This document shows positions 12,931 to 26,800 of a stretch of DNA of 64,000 bases, piece by piece; positions within the stretch are counted from its first letter, which is position 1, and each line of letters begins with the position of its first letter. Below the pieces are notes generated by a model. The model saw only the letters and a list, made by a program, of their open reading frames with translations, made no database searches and was not told the DNA's origin. The translations under genes and the position numbers were made by a program. The stretch spans positions 19,311,081 to 19,375,080 of the forward strand of contig CM121341.1 of assembly GCA_051530055.1 (NCBI GenBank), written 5' to 3'. The DNA is from Neoechinorhynchus agilis (taxonomy: Eukaryota; Animalia; Acanthocephala).

Positions 12931-13595
12931 CCACAATTCTAACTTTATCATCCCGAAGGATGTTTTCTATCATTAAATCAGTAATGCCTAAAATGCAGAA
13001 ATCTCTCCTCTCTATATATCGAATACTTTGCGTTTCTAAAAATCAGGTGAGCGTCGACTGACTTTAATGTTATTCAGCACTTTAAAATGATTACCGATCT
13101 TTTCAAATTTTTTGATATGTTTCTCCACTCAAATGAACTTATTTTTACGTGGTGCATAAGTTCCATTCGCAAAGCACTGATAACGATGGTATCGTGTGCA
13201 CTTATCCCCTTAAGACGCTATTTGCTTACATTTTCATTAGACATTGGGGTACATTAGAGATGTCGCGCATCAAGGAATTATCAGTTTAAAAATTTAAGCG
13301 TGAATTAATCTTGACGCGGCAATTCGCTCCTAGCATCCATATCGTTGTTTTGCGTCGATTAATAAGATATGCGAATTGCTGTAAGGTAGACGCCTAGCTG
13401 AAGAGCTTTTCTGCATATGCAGTCGCTAACTACCAAAAAGGCGTATCTCAGACGTAATTTCGTACTACAAAGAGATTGCAAGTTCCAAGTTCAGTTTCCT
13501 TTTTGAACTCAACGGTAGTATATTTAGAGCCACATCGTAGTTCCGTCTTCATTTTTAGTGTTTCAAAAGAGACAACACTTTATTTTTTTTAGACG

Positions 13596-14149
13596 ATGAT
13601 CAGCAACATCGAACTAAAGTGTGTCGCATCCTTATTAGGACTTCTTCTGTCCGTATATGCTTATTATTTAAAATTAAAGTTGAAAAAACAACCGGATTAT
13701 GTTGCACTGTGTGACATAAAGACGGGGATTGGTTGCACTGGCGTTCTTAAAAGTAGGTCAGTTCATTTTTGTTAAAGCTCGATATTTCACATCTTGTATA
13801 GATACGGGCAAGGCTTTGGCATAGCTGAAAAACTGTTTGGTAAGGAGTCACCATTGAACATTCCCAACAGCATTCTTGGAATCATATTTTATTCATTTCA
13901 ATTCTTCACATGTATAAAAGCACAATATAACCGCCTTACTTAAAAACCTTTTTAGGCTACGCACAAGCACCAGTATTGCTCTCGGTTGCTTACTACTCCT
14001 CCATTCTTAGTATCGTATTCACTGTGTACTTGGCATACATTCTATTTTTTGTTCTCAAAGAAATCTGCCTAATTTGTATTCCCACTTATGTTCTCAATAT
14101 CGTCATCTTTCTGACCAACTACAAGTTACTCGCAAATAAATATGATTAG
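13596..14149 (+). CDS. VKORC1: Vitamin K epoxide reductase, 3 exons
   Basis: MISNIELKCVASLLGLLLSVYAY...YVALCDIKTGIGCTGVLKSR / YGQGFGIAEKLFG...NSILGIIFY / ...VYLAYILFFVLKEICLICIPTYVLN. Loop cysteines and CxxC active site are present. Two short GT-AG introns. Missed by the ORF track. Confidence 0.92.
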
Positions 14150-14849
14150 AATCTTAAGAGAAAAGGGAAGCAGTGGTGTAAACAGAACCGGGTTACTATT
14201 CATACCAGCAACCCATCGCCATGAATGAAACCTCACATTACGCAAAACCAGTGTGGCAGATTGGAATTAAAATTACAAAACAAAAATATCTCGCTAAGAG
14301 ATCATTTTGTCGAGTTGAGGCCAATACTGCCGTCCACTTGTTCGCCATGATCAGAACCTTATTCTAACCAAAAAAAACACCATGCGCACTCACCAATACA
14401 ATGTCAATGCTCACAATCAATAATCATGCGTTGCGCCGTCGCCACAAATACCAACTCAGTTAGACAGGAAAACTAATAGCGGTAATTTGATTCAAAACCT
14501 TTTCAATGAAGTTTAAATTTGCACAAAAATCTGGATGTAAAAGAAAAAACAAAGGAGAATAGCAACCATTTATCGGTTGTCGACAATTACCCATCGTTTG
14601 TCTTTATTGTCCAGTCCTGAGATTTTGCGGGATATCCAATCTTGTGAGTCCTCGTTAAGTTGTATAAGTTTTCCAGTTGATGATGCCGCATCAAATTCTT
14701 CATTTCGGGTACGATACTGTCTAGTGGTTTTAAAATAATTTTTATTCTGGCAATGAAGTAACAGCTAAACGCTTTTCTTTGTTCAGGAGGTCTGCCTCTT
14801 CCAAAGAAAACAAATGTTCCTCTGATGATTGTCTTTTTTTTATTTTGTA

Positions 14850-15120
14850 GAAGTTAGTCATAATCTAAGGAGTAACGATATAAGTTCTCATCATTTTGTC
14901 CCCTTCGCAGTGGAAACCTTAGGAGCTTTCGGACGTGCGGCGAGGAGTTTTGTTTTCGAACTGGGGCATCGCCTGATCAACTCGACCAATGACAGGAGGG
15001 CTCGTTCGTTCCTAGTGCAGAACATATCCTTGGCTATCCAGCGAGGAAACGCAGCGAGCGTCTTGGGGACGGTGAAGTACGATTGAGAATAATAAAAGTT
15101 GTTGTTTAATCAAAAAAAAG
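14850..15120 (+). mobile_element. 3' end of a CRE-clade (restriction-like endonuclease) non-LTR element
   Basis: FVPFAVETLGAFG...FLVQNISLAIQRGNAASVLGT* is the typical CRE C-terminus. It is followed by AATAAA and an A8 run. Confidence 0.85.
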
Positions 15121-15129
15121 TTTTTAGTT

Positions 15130-16130
15130 TAAAAAAGAAGCCTGGGGAAGCGACGGTTCATGCTAGGAAGCGTCTCTTCCACGCATTCCTCGAGCACAAG
15201 ACCAGGGAAAAACTACATCGTGGCGAGAAAAATTGCGAAGAAAGCGATATCAAAGGCTAACAGGGCAATTGACTGTGCCTAGGTAAGTGCGAAACTAGAA
15301 GCGAGGTACTGACTTGTGAAACAGCGACACCTTCAGAACCTAGACATCGAGAAATTCTACTGCATAAAAGACGCGAGCGGATAAATGATTACTGATTGCC
15401 AGGAAGTACTCAGAAGATAGCGAGAATACTATAAAATCGCGTCGACCGAAGGGTTCCCCACCCTCGAATCCCTTGCCTCCCTGAAACCCTCGGTCCTGCT
15501 GCAATTATCGCCCAGTGAGACTATTGCCACACACGCTAAAATTATTGGAGCGAATTATCGACGGCCGAATTCGTGAAATCGTTAGGCCGGATTCGTAAAG
15601 GGGTGTTGAACGATCGATGCAATTCATATTGCGCGTCCATTAATGGAAAAATACCGAGAGAAAAACAGGCATCTCCATACTGCCTTTTTGGATCTGGAGA
15701 AAGCTTTTGACCGTGTCCCCCCGTGAGCTCATTTGGTACGCACTCCGTAAACCCCTAATCCCGGAAAGTTTAATCAAGTGCGTCCAAATTCTTTACCAGG
15801 AGGATCCAAATAGGAGGGTGAAATGTGCAGCTGGAATATGGAAACCATTCGAATCCACCAAGGAAGTGCCATTTTCCCACTTCTAGTTATGGACTCGATA
15901 ACCCGCGATATTCAACGCCCCGTGCCATGCACGCTACTATATGCAAATGACATCCTCCTTGCATCGAACGATAGAACGAAATTAACAAAGTTGGCACAAG
16001 AATGGAGTGATAGACTTGCGCGGCAGCATGGGCTACGGGTGAACTTGGACAAAACAGAATACTCTTGACAAACGATGAAAACGATCTGGCTACTATTTCC
16101 GCCTTGAACTTTGGGAATAGCAATCCCCGC
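15130..16130 (+). mobile_element. Decayed RTE-clade LINE RT fragment
   Basis: AKKIAKKAISKA; LMEKYREKNRHLHTAFLDLEKAFDRVP; MDSITRDIQRPVPCTLLYANDILL; GLRVNLDKTEY. Confidence 0.85.
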
Positions 16131-16176
16131 GCACCCGAGCCATATACTAAATAACATGCAAAACCTTTTTAGATGA

Positions 16177-16209
16177 CTGATGAGGCGAGGTTACCTGCTG
16201 AAATATTTC
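16177..16209 (+). ncRNA. Solo minimal hammerhead-like motif (same family as 7557 and 42893)
   Basis: ttttagatga-CTGATGA-G-GCGAGG-tta-CCTGCT-GAAATATTTC. Canonical core with a damaged stem II. Confidence 0.6.
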
Positions 16210-17384
16210 AAATCAATCGAGCGACGTGACAATATTTTAGTCATTCTCATATGCTTCGAAGTTAAGGAATGGATTTGATTTATAATTACCAATTATTAAA
16301 TCTGGCATCCTACTAAAAAGGCAACTCGCATTAATTTTAAAGAAGTGACTTTTCCAAAAATTATGGCTTATATTTTAAATCTGCAGTTTTATTATTTGAA
16401 TAGCAAATTCATCGTTTAAAATTGAAATAACATCACTGGATAATTTTTTTGAGGTTTGAAGACCCCCGAAAAACCAATTAATTCGTTTACTTGTTTAATC
16501 AAAGGTGGAAGTACAAACGAAGCCTTTAACATGACTTAATAAGGAAGCTAATACCGACTCTTGAAATGTACAAAAAACGGGATCAGCGAAATTTGTATAA
16601 GACGAAATTGCGTCGTTTTAAGACCGGTATTTTGCTCGATAGCTAATTTTTAAGCAATAGAAAATTATGAACAATGGAGTCTTATTTTCATATGTATTTA
16701 TCGTAACTCTGCATTTTCATGCAACTAAGTTTTTCGATTTTTTTGCTTCGAAAAGAATCGTTTATTTTGTTAGAAAAGTATGATTGTGTTCATTTATGTT
16801 CGTGTTATTGTAAACTTTGTGGAAGAAAATCTTCCAATCATCAATCATCGATCTTAATTCTATCCTGTAAAAAATTGCATATAAGACAAATCACTAAACG
16901 AATTTTAAGGTTTATGAATAATCTTACGCTTTAGAAGTTGAGTTAATTTAAATTCTTATTTCTATGGATTTCGAAAAAAACAATAACTAACATTGATAAT
17001 GATCTAAGATGACATTTTTCTTAAATGCGTCTTGCCCGCGATATAAGTAGGCAACCAATGATAATCCGCATTGAAATTAGGCATGAAATAAAATGCTAAT
17101 TACCAACGAGTCGTTGAGGAACCTGTGTCTCAAAACACCACCTATTGGTTATTTTCTCTCAAAATCTTTAGGCTTTGATCAGCACAAACAAGCAGTTTCA
17201 AAAGACAATATGTTTGTACCAACGATGATTGTGTGTAAGCTTGACGCGAGGTTACAAGTTATCAAGTCGAGAATCGTGATAGCTCGGTATGTGATGGGAT
17301 GACAATTAATATGTGTCTTGGTCTCACATCTTTGCATTTCCACTTTTCTAGAATTTAAAAGTGAGTCAATTCAGAAAGATTAAA

Positions 17385-17825
17385 ATGCCTTTATCTATAA
17401 CCAACGACCGAGGTGAGGAGCAATTATATGGGGAGATTAGCGAGGAAGACAAAAATGCTTTAGGACAACCTGGATCTTATTATTGTTCGCATCTAGAGAA
17501 TATTATTTCAAGAATGAAAGAGCTGGAACTTCTACTCTCGTATTATCCCGGAGAACCGGAAACTCGTCGAAAAGCAGTGGAATTGTTCGAAACTATCTTT
17601 AAAAGTGATGTTAGATTAACAGCACAGTTGTGGAAAACGCTTGCAATTTATTTTAGCAGGATTCTGATGGACCGAGAGGCATCATATTGTCTTAGAAAGT
17701 CTAAGTATTTAGCGGAACATTCAAACAAATCACACCATCAGGAAGCACAGGAAATGCAAGACGATGGACTCAGGCGATTTTCTAAAGCGATTCAAAATGC
17801 AATAAAACGGAGGAGCGAGCAATAG
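17385..17825 (+). CDS. Unidentified small helical (TPR-like) protein; further upstream exons possible
   Basis: Uninterrupted ~146-aa ORF from ATG (MPLSITNDRG...) with protein-like composition. No family recognised. Confidence 0.55.
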   Translation: MPLSITNDRGEEQLYGEISEEDKNALGQPGSYYCSHLENIISRMKELELLLSYYPGEPETRRKAVELFETIFKSDVRLTAQLWKTLAIYFSRILMDREASYCLRKSKYLAEHSNKSHHQEAQEMQDDGLRRFSKAIQNAIKRRSEQ

Positions 17826-18053
17826 TGCAGAAAAATGGATAGCGTCTAAATATTATTGCTTTTATATTTTTAGCGTAGATATAACGATTATAGTTTTTAT
17901 TTGTTTCGTAATCAAAATAAAAACAAATTAGTACATTCTCAAACATTGATTTCCTTACTACTTGACAGTTGCACAATGCTTTTAACCGGCAACCATTTTT
18001 GATAAAAAAACTTACTGTCTTGGATTATTATCTTTGGGGGAAAAGATACTTTC

Positions 18054-18213
18054 TTTTGGTAGTTATACACACTTGGATGTAAATTCCTAGATTTATTGCC
18101 GATATTTCGTCGGATAATTCCGACATTATCAAGACCTATCATCTAAAATACAAGCACACCAGTGTTATCCTGAGGACTCGTTATTATCATGCGATGTGAT
18201 CGAGAAACCCCTG
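18054..18213 (-). repeat. Left 160-bp inverted terminal repeat (PLE pLTR-like) with hammerhead fold at 18088-18145
   Basis: Exact reverse complement of 27674-27833 (checked base by base). On the minus strand it reads TTGATAA-T-GTCGGA-atta-TCCGAC-GAAATATC, then AATAAA and an A-rich end. Confidence 0.92.
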
Positions 18214-21200
18214 TTTCTGGACTCTTTGTCCACTGAAACCTCTAAGGAAGAGCACCATTGTTTCCTCAATGGAAATTTCAAGCTGACGCTCGCCTTGTTG
18301 CCTTTCATAGATTAAACTGAGGAGCCTATTTCGATGGCTTCCATTATTGGTCGATTTTGTAAATGTAGTTGTACGCTTATCAAATTTGCGTCATCAAAAA
18401 ATCATCAAAGAGCAAAAAACGTTTTCGCAACCTGGCGTTGCAGCGGAGGGTAGCGAACGGCCACCCAATGTCCTGAGGTTGCCTTTAACCTGAGCTTTAC
18501 GAAAGCAACTGCTTTCAAAACCCTCATCAAACTCAAAGCTCATTTGGAAGACTCTAATATCCCTCAACAGTCGATATCTTCAAATGATTCTCAGCATGAA
18601 AAGATGACATCACATCCTCAATATCAAGTCAAACCAAATAATAAAGAAAGACGTGATTTGCAATCAAGGCATTACTCCCTGGGCGCCTTCATTCCGAAAC
18701 GACGGTGTCAAACGAATCGATCGTGTCACTTCGGAGGAATCCTAAGAATTTATTTGACTAGTCATGTTTGGCCGTCCAGCCTAAAAGACTTTGCTAGCTC
18801 CAAACTTCCGCATTAAGTGGATTCAGTCGAATCTGTCACTCAAAACGTACAATTCCTGGCGAACGGATTGCAACCGAGCTTTATTCATGAAGACAAAGAA
18901 GAGTTTGAGAAACTTTTCAACTAGCTCGCACTGTGCCTTCAACTGTTCGGCAACCCCGAAATGCATTAATTGTGCGGAAAGGGAACATTCATCCCAGATT
19001 TGTCCAAACCAGACAATCAAGCGCTGTGCCAACTGCAACGGGCAACATTCTGTTTTCTATAAAGGATGCCCAGAATTCAAGAAGTATTGGTCTTGGGCCC
19101 AAAAAGGAAAAACGAACGCTACCCAAGCACCCGTTAAGTGCGCCAACCTAATGTCTCAGCGACTCCTATTGCTACTCCTTCGACTCGTGAAGTCAAGAGC
19201 TCGGACGCTACTGTCGCTCAATGCACGGATTCTTCACAACTGGTGACCATAGAGCATTTGGAACGGCGATTGGAGGGGCCTGCAACAAATTGCTCACCGT
19301 TATGCAAGCTCGCTTCACTGAGGATATCACAACCTTTGAGAGAAGGCTGCACGCCCTTTGCGTAATCTAGTGAATTTCCCCGATATAATTTCATCTAGTT
19401 GTTCCCAACAAAATGCAGCGAAGCTTAAAAGAGCCAATCCGAGTGATATTAAATCTCGAGCGCCAAAAAATCCAACGATGGCTCTGTTTTAGACCGGTCT
19501 AAAAGCGAGGATGCGTTCGTGGATCCTGAAGAATCCGATACAAATCTTGTCAATAGGATCATTAAAGCTCAAACCTTGCTTATCAACGATGGAACAGCGG
19601 CCCTCATCCAATGCAAACGCCAGAAATCTCTGATGATTCGAAGACGGGTGTTACAGTGGAATTGTGGTGGGGCGACTAATTTTGCCAGGCTAACTCACGT
19701 CATACCGGACATTTCGATCATCTTTCTGCAGGAAACGAAAAGTATTTATACTCAGGACCAACTCTATAATTATCTAACTCATCTGAACAGCTCAACATTC
19801 ATCTCTTTTATTACTCCCCCCATTCAGTCCCGCATCACAGGGTCTTATTTCAATTTTTCAATCCTCGTTAACTCCCACATTGGTGTCTTCTTTCATTTCA
19901 ACTGAAATGTCATACTCCCTTTTTAAAATTCTAATTAATCGTAAATATCTCTCATTTGTAAATTAAACCCAGTTTTATCCATCGACCGTATATTAGAAAT
20001 AGAGTCAAATGGCGTCTCAGAGCTAATATTGATTTTATTGTGGGAGATTTCATATTGTTAAAGCAATCAAACCTCATTATTATCTAACTTTTCCTACCAC
20101 TCCCTCATTCCACAATATCGCCTCAAATGCACACTCGTTCTTGAATCTGACCATTTTTAAAAGATATCTGAACTTTTCGATAGGTGTCTCTTTTTGACCG
20201 TTTAGGTCATGATATCCTGATATGGTCATTCGGTCCCAACGGTCTACTACGTAAAACCTTTCACATCTCTCCACTCAATGTTACCTTTCCCGCCTAGCTA
20301 GCCAAAATCTTTTATCTCTCACCTCCTACCGAAATGATCGGTCGTGCACTTTACCGTATGTTAACAACGCCCTTAATACATTAGCCAATATCTTTCTATT
20401 TCGTACGGTGAGCGTTTTCTCTCGTCCATATGAAAGTCGATCTCTTCGGTTTCTTGGACGCCAGTTTTTTCTCTCGAAACGTTCTGGAGACGCACTTCTT
20501 ACCAAAATTTTGTCAAGTCATTACTGGGCAGCTCATTATCTCGTCCAATTGCCATGGGTTTCAAAAAGGGAAATCGGTTCACTCTGCACTAGCTGATATA
20601 TATGCTAGCTTTTCAAACTCCACTCTACCTATAAGAGCCATTTTAACAGTTGATTTATCTCAGGCTTTTGACAAGATTTCTTTGTCCTTTATAATCAATA
20701 TGCTGGAGTTCTTTAGCGTTCCTAACAATTTAATTTCTCGAATTTTTAAGATTCTTTTTAAAAAGTCTTTTTATTACAAGGAGGACGCATTGAAATCGAT
20801 TTTCTACCCACTTACAGGTGTCCCTCGAGGATCTCCACTTTCCCCAATTCCTTTTCTAATAGCGTCTCAATATATTATTAAAAACTGCAATATTCGTGCT
20901 TCGCTCACCTGTTACGCGGACGACTTAACTTTTGTCATCTCTGCCCATAGAGCTGCCAAACTGAAATGTCTGATAAAGCAATGTACCGACTATCTCAACT
21001 CAATTTTACCACGTGTGAATCTTTCTCTTGTATTGTATGCAACGGTACTTTCCTACGTTGCACCGTAGGTATAAGCCCGTCAAATAGAATTAGACTCCGC
21101 AAGGATCTAAAATACACGACAGCAGTCCTGTTATGCGGGCAATTCGCGTCTCTTAAAATCAGGTCATCGTATGTACGACAGTTCCCTTTGCCTTTACGAT

Positions 21201-22700
21201 ACAATGTCGTTGGCTTCCAGAAAAGTAACTGTTGCACGACCTGTGGGCAAGATGCCTCGGACCGAATTATATTGCCCGTGAACTGCAGTCGTCTGCGGCA
21301 CAAATATTCACTGGGCGGTTGGACTCCGGCTCTCTTATACAGTGCTTTGTTGGTCACTTTATCTGACCATCTGACCTTAAACGCCGCACGTAAGAGAGAT
21401 GAATGATTTTGGTCCAACTGCCTCGTCGCCGTTGGTGACAGTGTCCAGGTCTCTGCATTGTAGTAGAGAATGCTCTCAATTAGAGCCCTGAACAGCTGCG
21501 AACGGAGTTCATCTGGCAAAGACTCACTGTCAAACAGTGGCTTAAGTTGCCCCATTGCTCTCCAAGCTTTAGCCCTCCGTTGGCTGACATAAGCACTCAC
21601 CTCAGGAACGACAGCTCCCAGATAGACCTACCGCTCTATCTGTTTTAATTGCTCAACGCCATTCGGCCCTTCGCCAGAGACTGTATGCGCGACATGCGGA
21701 ATCGTCAAGAATTCCGTCTTTTTTGAGTTGATGGTCAGACCAATCATACTCGCCCTCTCGCACAGTCTACTGAACATGCGTTGAGCTCCTTCGACTTTTG
21801 AGGACATCAATACGATGTCGTCGGCATATGCCATGTAGGAGGCGCGTATCTCAGGATACCCGCGACCTCTTTTACTCAAGATGTATATCTGAAATAGCTG
21901 GGCCAAACTGCTCACGGCTGTCAGCGCCACATGAAAAGTCCGTACCCACCACGGTGATGAGCTTCTACTGACGCTTTCGTTGCCTCCGGCGACAGTTTCG
22001 CTCATTTCGACGCTCAAGTCGTCGGCGAGAGCTACGACGCCCTCGCTTTTTCCCCTTTCACTGGTGGACTTTGTCGCTCCCGTTCGCTGCCGCATCACGA
22101 AGTGGAGCGGAACACCGACCCCGCGTGGCCGCCGGAGCTGCTTCTTTTACGTGGCCGACAAGAATCAGTAACATCAATTCCGATCATCGTGAAAGAAAGT
22201 TAGGGCTGCTCCAAATCGCTATGCATCTTTAAGGTTCGTTCATGTCGGCTTCTAAAAGAGCTCAAATCGTTTATTAATAATCTAGTGAACCCTCTAAATG
22301 ATCCCCTTGCGCTCAACTCCAACACCCCGCTTAAATTGCGCATTCTAGGGCACACTTTAACCGTCAATACTTCTCCTAGAACCGATATTAATAGAATAAA
22401 AAGACTTCTTAAAGTAGGTAACAAAATGGCTAAACGAGCGTTGAAAGTGGGAATGAATTCTTCGCAAGTTCAAGCTATATGGAAAATCTGGGGTATCCCC
22501 GGCCTTGTTTTTTCTCGAGAGGTCGCCCGCCAGAACTTAAGGCTTTCTTTGTCGACGCCTTCCGCAAACACCTAGATTCCCCACCGTTCTCCAGGGCCGG
22601 AGAGTTGATGAGTTTCTGTGCACATCGATTGAAGTGATGGATATCGTAACTTGACCGTTTCGTAAGATTTCACTCTGCCTAAATATACGATGAATAAATC
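18214..22700 (+). mobile_element. LINE-like module A (gag with CCHC knuckles, APE, RT), decayed and interrupted by an RTE copy
   Basis: CINCAEREHSSQIC and CANCNGQHSVFYKGC; VLQWNCGG...IFLQETK; CHGFQKGKS...VDLSQAFDKI...GVPRGSPLSP...YADDL. The RT resumes after 22197 and ends near GAATAAAT at ~22700. Confidence 0.85.
21028..22197 (-). mobile_element. Internally deleted RTE-clade LINE, same family as 49971-53276
   Basis: Shares the 5' end and the 3' part with an (ATACA)n tail. The N-terminal region is joined directly to RT domain 5 (about 2.1 kb missing). Confidence 0.9.
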
Positions 22701-22704
22701 TTGT

Positions 22705-23875
22705 TGTTGTCTTCAAAATCAATTGGATGTTCGCAATTCACCATGTGATTTGCTTTTGCTGAGGAAGCATCATAACGTCTACATGCATATCTGTGTCGTG
22801 CGATCCTTTTGTTGAGTCCTTGTTTGATCTGCCCCACATATTTGGCTGGGCAATCTTTGCAGCGGACTACGTATACAACTTCATGTTGCTCACATTTTGG
22901 CTTATTTTTAAGGATGCCTGCGAGGTTGCCATCCTTTGTGTTGCACAGAATGATTGTTTTGTCCAGGTTTCGCAAATCACGATTAAGTATGAATTGAAGT
23001 TTGTTATCCACAAATTTAATTCCTATATATTTAGGTTATTCATTCGCCAAACATGCAATGATTCCTTTCTCTTGTCTATTAGCGATGTTCTTGACTTTGT
23101 CGCAACTTCTTATCGCCGATTCGGGATAACCCCTTGCTCCCAGAACTTGAGTAATGAGACGTATTTCAACCGTTCTTAACTTGTTAGTTGAGCATATTCT
23201 ATAGGATTTCAGATACAGACACACAGCTACAGATCTCTTATAGGACTCCGGGGTGTGTGTTAACCAATGCGAAGGATACCAGGCTAAATTTGGTTTTCTG
23301 AACACACTTCTTTCTCCATCATTTGTAAGGAACCCTGCTCACTCTCTTCGGCTGTTACGGCTCATTTGATGTTATTATGTTTAGAATCCAACAACTTTTT
23401 TAAACTGTTGGTATCAATGTTATGTTCGATAATGAAGAATGCATCGTCCACATATCACCAGTATTTCTTGAGTCCAGGGGGCCAACTTTTAATATCCTTT
23501 TCCCAGCCTCGCATGAATAGCTCAGCTAGGGTGGAGCTAGAAGTGATCCCATTGCAACACCATCCTGCTGTTCGTAAAATTTTTCGTCGAATTTGAATGC
23601 CGTTTGTGTTTCGGGGCATTCGTGAATAAAGAGGCTACATCACCGGTATAAAAACGTAGTCCTTGCCTAGTACATTATCGAACTTCCTTGACAAAAGTAG
23701 CGCCATCTCTTATGTTGTGTTCGTAGTCGGCCATGCTCAACCTAAGCAAGCGATTGATGTCCTTTGCTATTGAGTGGGTGACAGACATATAGGATGTTAT
23801 AATCGGACGGAAGCTGAGTTCTTCTTTATGCACCTTTGGAAGGATGTATAAAAACGCATATTTCCCATTCGTTGA
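22705..23875 (-). mobile_element. Decayed Penelope-like RT + GIY-YIG core, truncated at both ends
   Basis: LYILPKVHKEELSFRPIIT; YVDDAF; LYLKSYRICS...GYPES; GIY-YIG VVYVVRCKDCPAKYVGQIKQGLNKRIARH...HPIDF. Confidence 0.88.
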
Positions 23876-23894
23876 TCTATATCTGTGTAATAGT

Positions 23895-26800
23895 AATTAA
23901 TTTATTCGTAAAGGTGACACAAGATATCGCACACGACGTCTGGAACCAGTTGCTCAACAGTTATAACCGGAATATTATTCAATTATGACGTTGCTGTTCC
24001 AATCCATCTCAAGGATTTGCTGGCCCAGTCCACAGAGGGAATCCACTCAAAAGGAAGTCTCGACAGAATTCGCAGAAAGACGCAACGGAAGGTTAGGCGT
24101 TGTTCTTGGGGCCTTCCACTGGAATAAAAGACCAGACCTGAAATAGCCCATGCGCACCATATCGTTTTACAATTCTTGGCGCTAAGTCCGATACGAGCGG
24201 CACGTCTGGCCTTAACTTTCGCCGTTTTCAGAAGTTTTTTCATCTTTCGCATATCAGATGCTGTCGATAGGTTATTCGTGAGTGTATAACCCAAAATATC
24301 GAGTCTCTTGTATACAGGGTCGAAATCTAACCCAAAAAACTCCTTTATACACTCTCTGATATTCTTCTTGCCTATTCTAGATTTAGATTTTATTAAAAAT
24401 TTCGTCTTGTTTTGGTTCAAAGAGAGACCCATTTGAGGTAGGTGCGATTTTAAAAAATTCAGCACGGCAGCCAATTTCGCACGTGATCGTATGTAATTAG
24501 ATTATTTAATGACCACAGAGAGGTCATCGGCATACATCGTTATGCCCCGACAAACGGTGCAATTTTGAATTAAAAATTGGGTTGCCAAGCAAAAGAGTAT
24601 GGGTGATAACGGTGAGCCTTGTGGAACACCCTTCGATTGATAAAACATAGTCCCTGCTGGATCGTCTACAAAATAAAATTGTTTGCATTTCAGTATGTTG
24701 TTTACCCTCGCAATAATATTAAAAGAAAAACTAAAAAATCTTAAAATATTTACAATGAAGGTGATGTCGATATTATCAAAGGCTTTCGATATATCGATAG
24801 AAATGAGAATGTTTGTCGGCATAGGATTTTTATAAAAATTATCTATTATATCATTGAGCGCAGTATGAACGGATTTCCCTGGTAGGAATCCATGACATCG
24901 CTCATCAGTTAGATGATGTATACAAGAAAATTCCAAAATAGATCTCGCCAAGACACGCTCGTAAATGGATACGAAAGAATTTTGAATGGATATGGGCCTG
25001 ACATCACTAGGTGAAGAAACAGCCTTGCCTCTCCTTTTAAAAAGAAAAATTCTTTTTGAAATGTTTATCTGAGGCTATTCCTCAGGTGAAGCTGCCAACA
25101 TGTGCTCGGCTAATGCTTTGATATTAGTTTGATTTAGCACATTCGTTGCTTTAAAACATGGGGACGAGCCATTACTCGATGAAAGATTCCTCGAACCCCA
25201 CCATTGGATAAAATCGTTCCTACAGAGATCAAAACGACGCGGTTTAATTTTAATAAAATTATGGCAGACCGGAATCTTACTCGCTCCATTACAATGCTCA
25301 GCGCAAAGAGCGCTAAAAACATTTTCCCAGCCCGAGGTTTTAATCCAATTAGCTGCGGCCCTCTTCCAATGACGGAATCGTTTTGGTGCAGCAACCTGCC
25401 ACCAAGGAGAAGAATATGGCATAAAAGATTTAATTCTCTTACTGTCGCAATCTAATTGAAAACGAGTTCTACAAGGCCAATAGAAAGCGGACCAAAACTT
25501 AATAGAATCCTTATCATCGAATACCTTAGCCATAAAAAGTTTCTTGCCATACATGGAAAGTAATTTTGGTATTTGAATATTCGAGCCTATGCATCTCTTG
25601 ACCGTTGTCAAAATTGAATCGCTAGCTGTGGCAACAAATTCATTTAGGTCGTTAAGCTGCATAAAGGCTCCAAATGTGGTAGCCAACTTTATTGCTGCAT
25701 TAAAGATGTCTATATTGAGAGCACTCAATTTAAATTTACGGCACAAGAGAGTATTACACCCCAAAACCCATACTAGGACATCGTGTCCAGCAACTCGAAA
25801 AATTGATGATTGCGAAACGAGTTTGGGTTTAACGGGAAAGTTACTTCATGCAAGGCGCAAATCTAAAAAAGAATGGGACCTGCCGTCAGAAAAGGTAGGA
25901 GCAGTAAGAATAAGAAGTTCATGTGTGCCACCTGAACGTAAAATGGCCTTCAACCATTTCTGGGACGGATCGTTAAAATCGCCGAAACAGAAGTCAATTC
26001 GGGTTGCTAAAACATTTTTCATAATATCCTTATTCTGTGATAAGTGAATTTTTTTAGGTCTAATAGAAAAATTCCCTAAAAGTAATTTCCTCCCCTGAAA
26101 CGAATCGGAAATATAGCGTTTGATAAATCTGGGGAGGTATACTCTGAAATTAGAGTTGGCTGGAGGTCAGTCCTAAAAATGGATAATAAACCTTGAGAAT
26201 TGTTCAAAAAAGGCTTTGTGCAAAATAAAGAGTGTTCACTAGATAAGATATTAAAACTACTAGGAAGGTTCTTAAGGGAGTGGAGCGATTTGGTTTCTTG
26301 TATAAAAGTAATATCACATTTCTGTATTTCGGATAAAAGGCCAGGGATACCCAGAAGCCCGCCTGCGTTCCACTGCGCTATCCTCAATTCCATCGGGGCT
26401 TACCTTTGAATAGATTTTGGACTCCGTCCGCACAGACCTGAGCTTGTTCTTCAATTATATTTTTCACGAGGTCCTCGTCTTCGTGCATGTCGATATCGTT
26501 CACATCGTTGCACCCTGCCCCAGGAGCTCGACTTCGTTTGCATGGTGATGGCGCAACACCGGCCGTTATTTGAAATTTATTGAATATGGTCGAGAGTGTC
26601 TCTATAAGACCATTTAACTGAGCCGCAAGTCTCCTCTCCAGCCCTTGTATGGCTGCGGTGATTCGCAGATCCACCATATCTAAAATTTTGGATGAAAAAT
26701 CTGCGAATTTTTTCTCCAAGGTGACCTCATACGTCGGTCGAGGAATATCGACATATTTGGCAATTTGGTGGATCGGTTGTGTTTTTTCCGTCACATTGGT

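Noticed and set aside
18170-18215. Second hammerhead-like core on the opposite strand of the repeat (CTGAGGA-C-TCG...CGA-GAAAC)
   Set aside because: No stem I partner, the stem II closing pair is T-A, and the stem III/NUH site is not conserved between the two arms' flanks.
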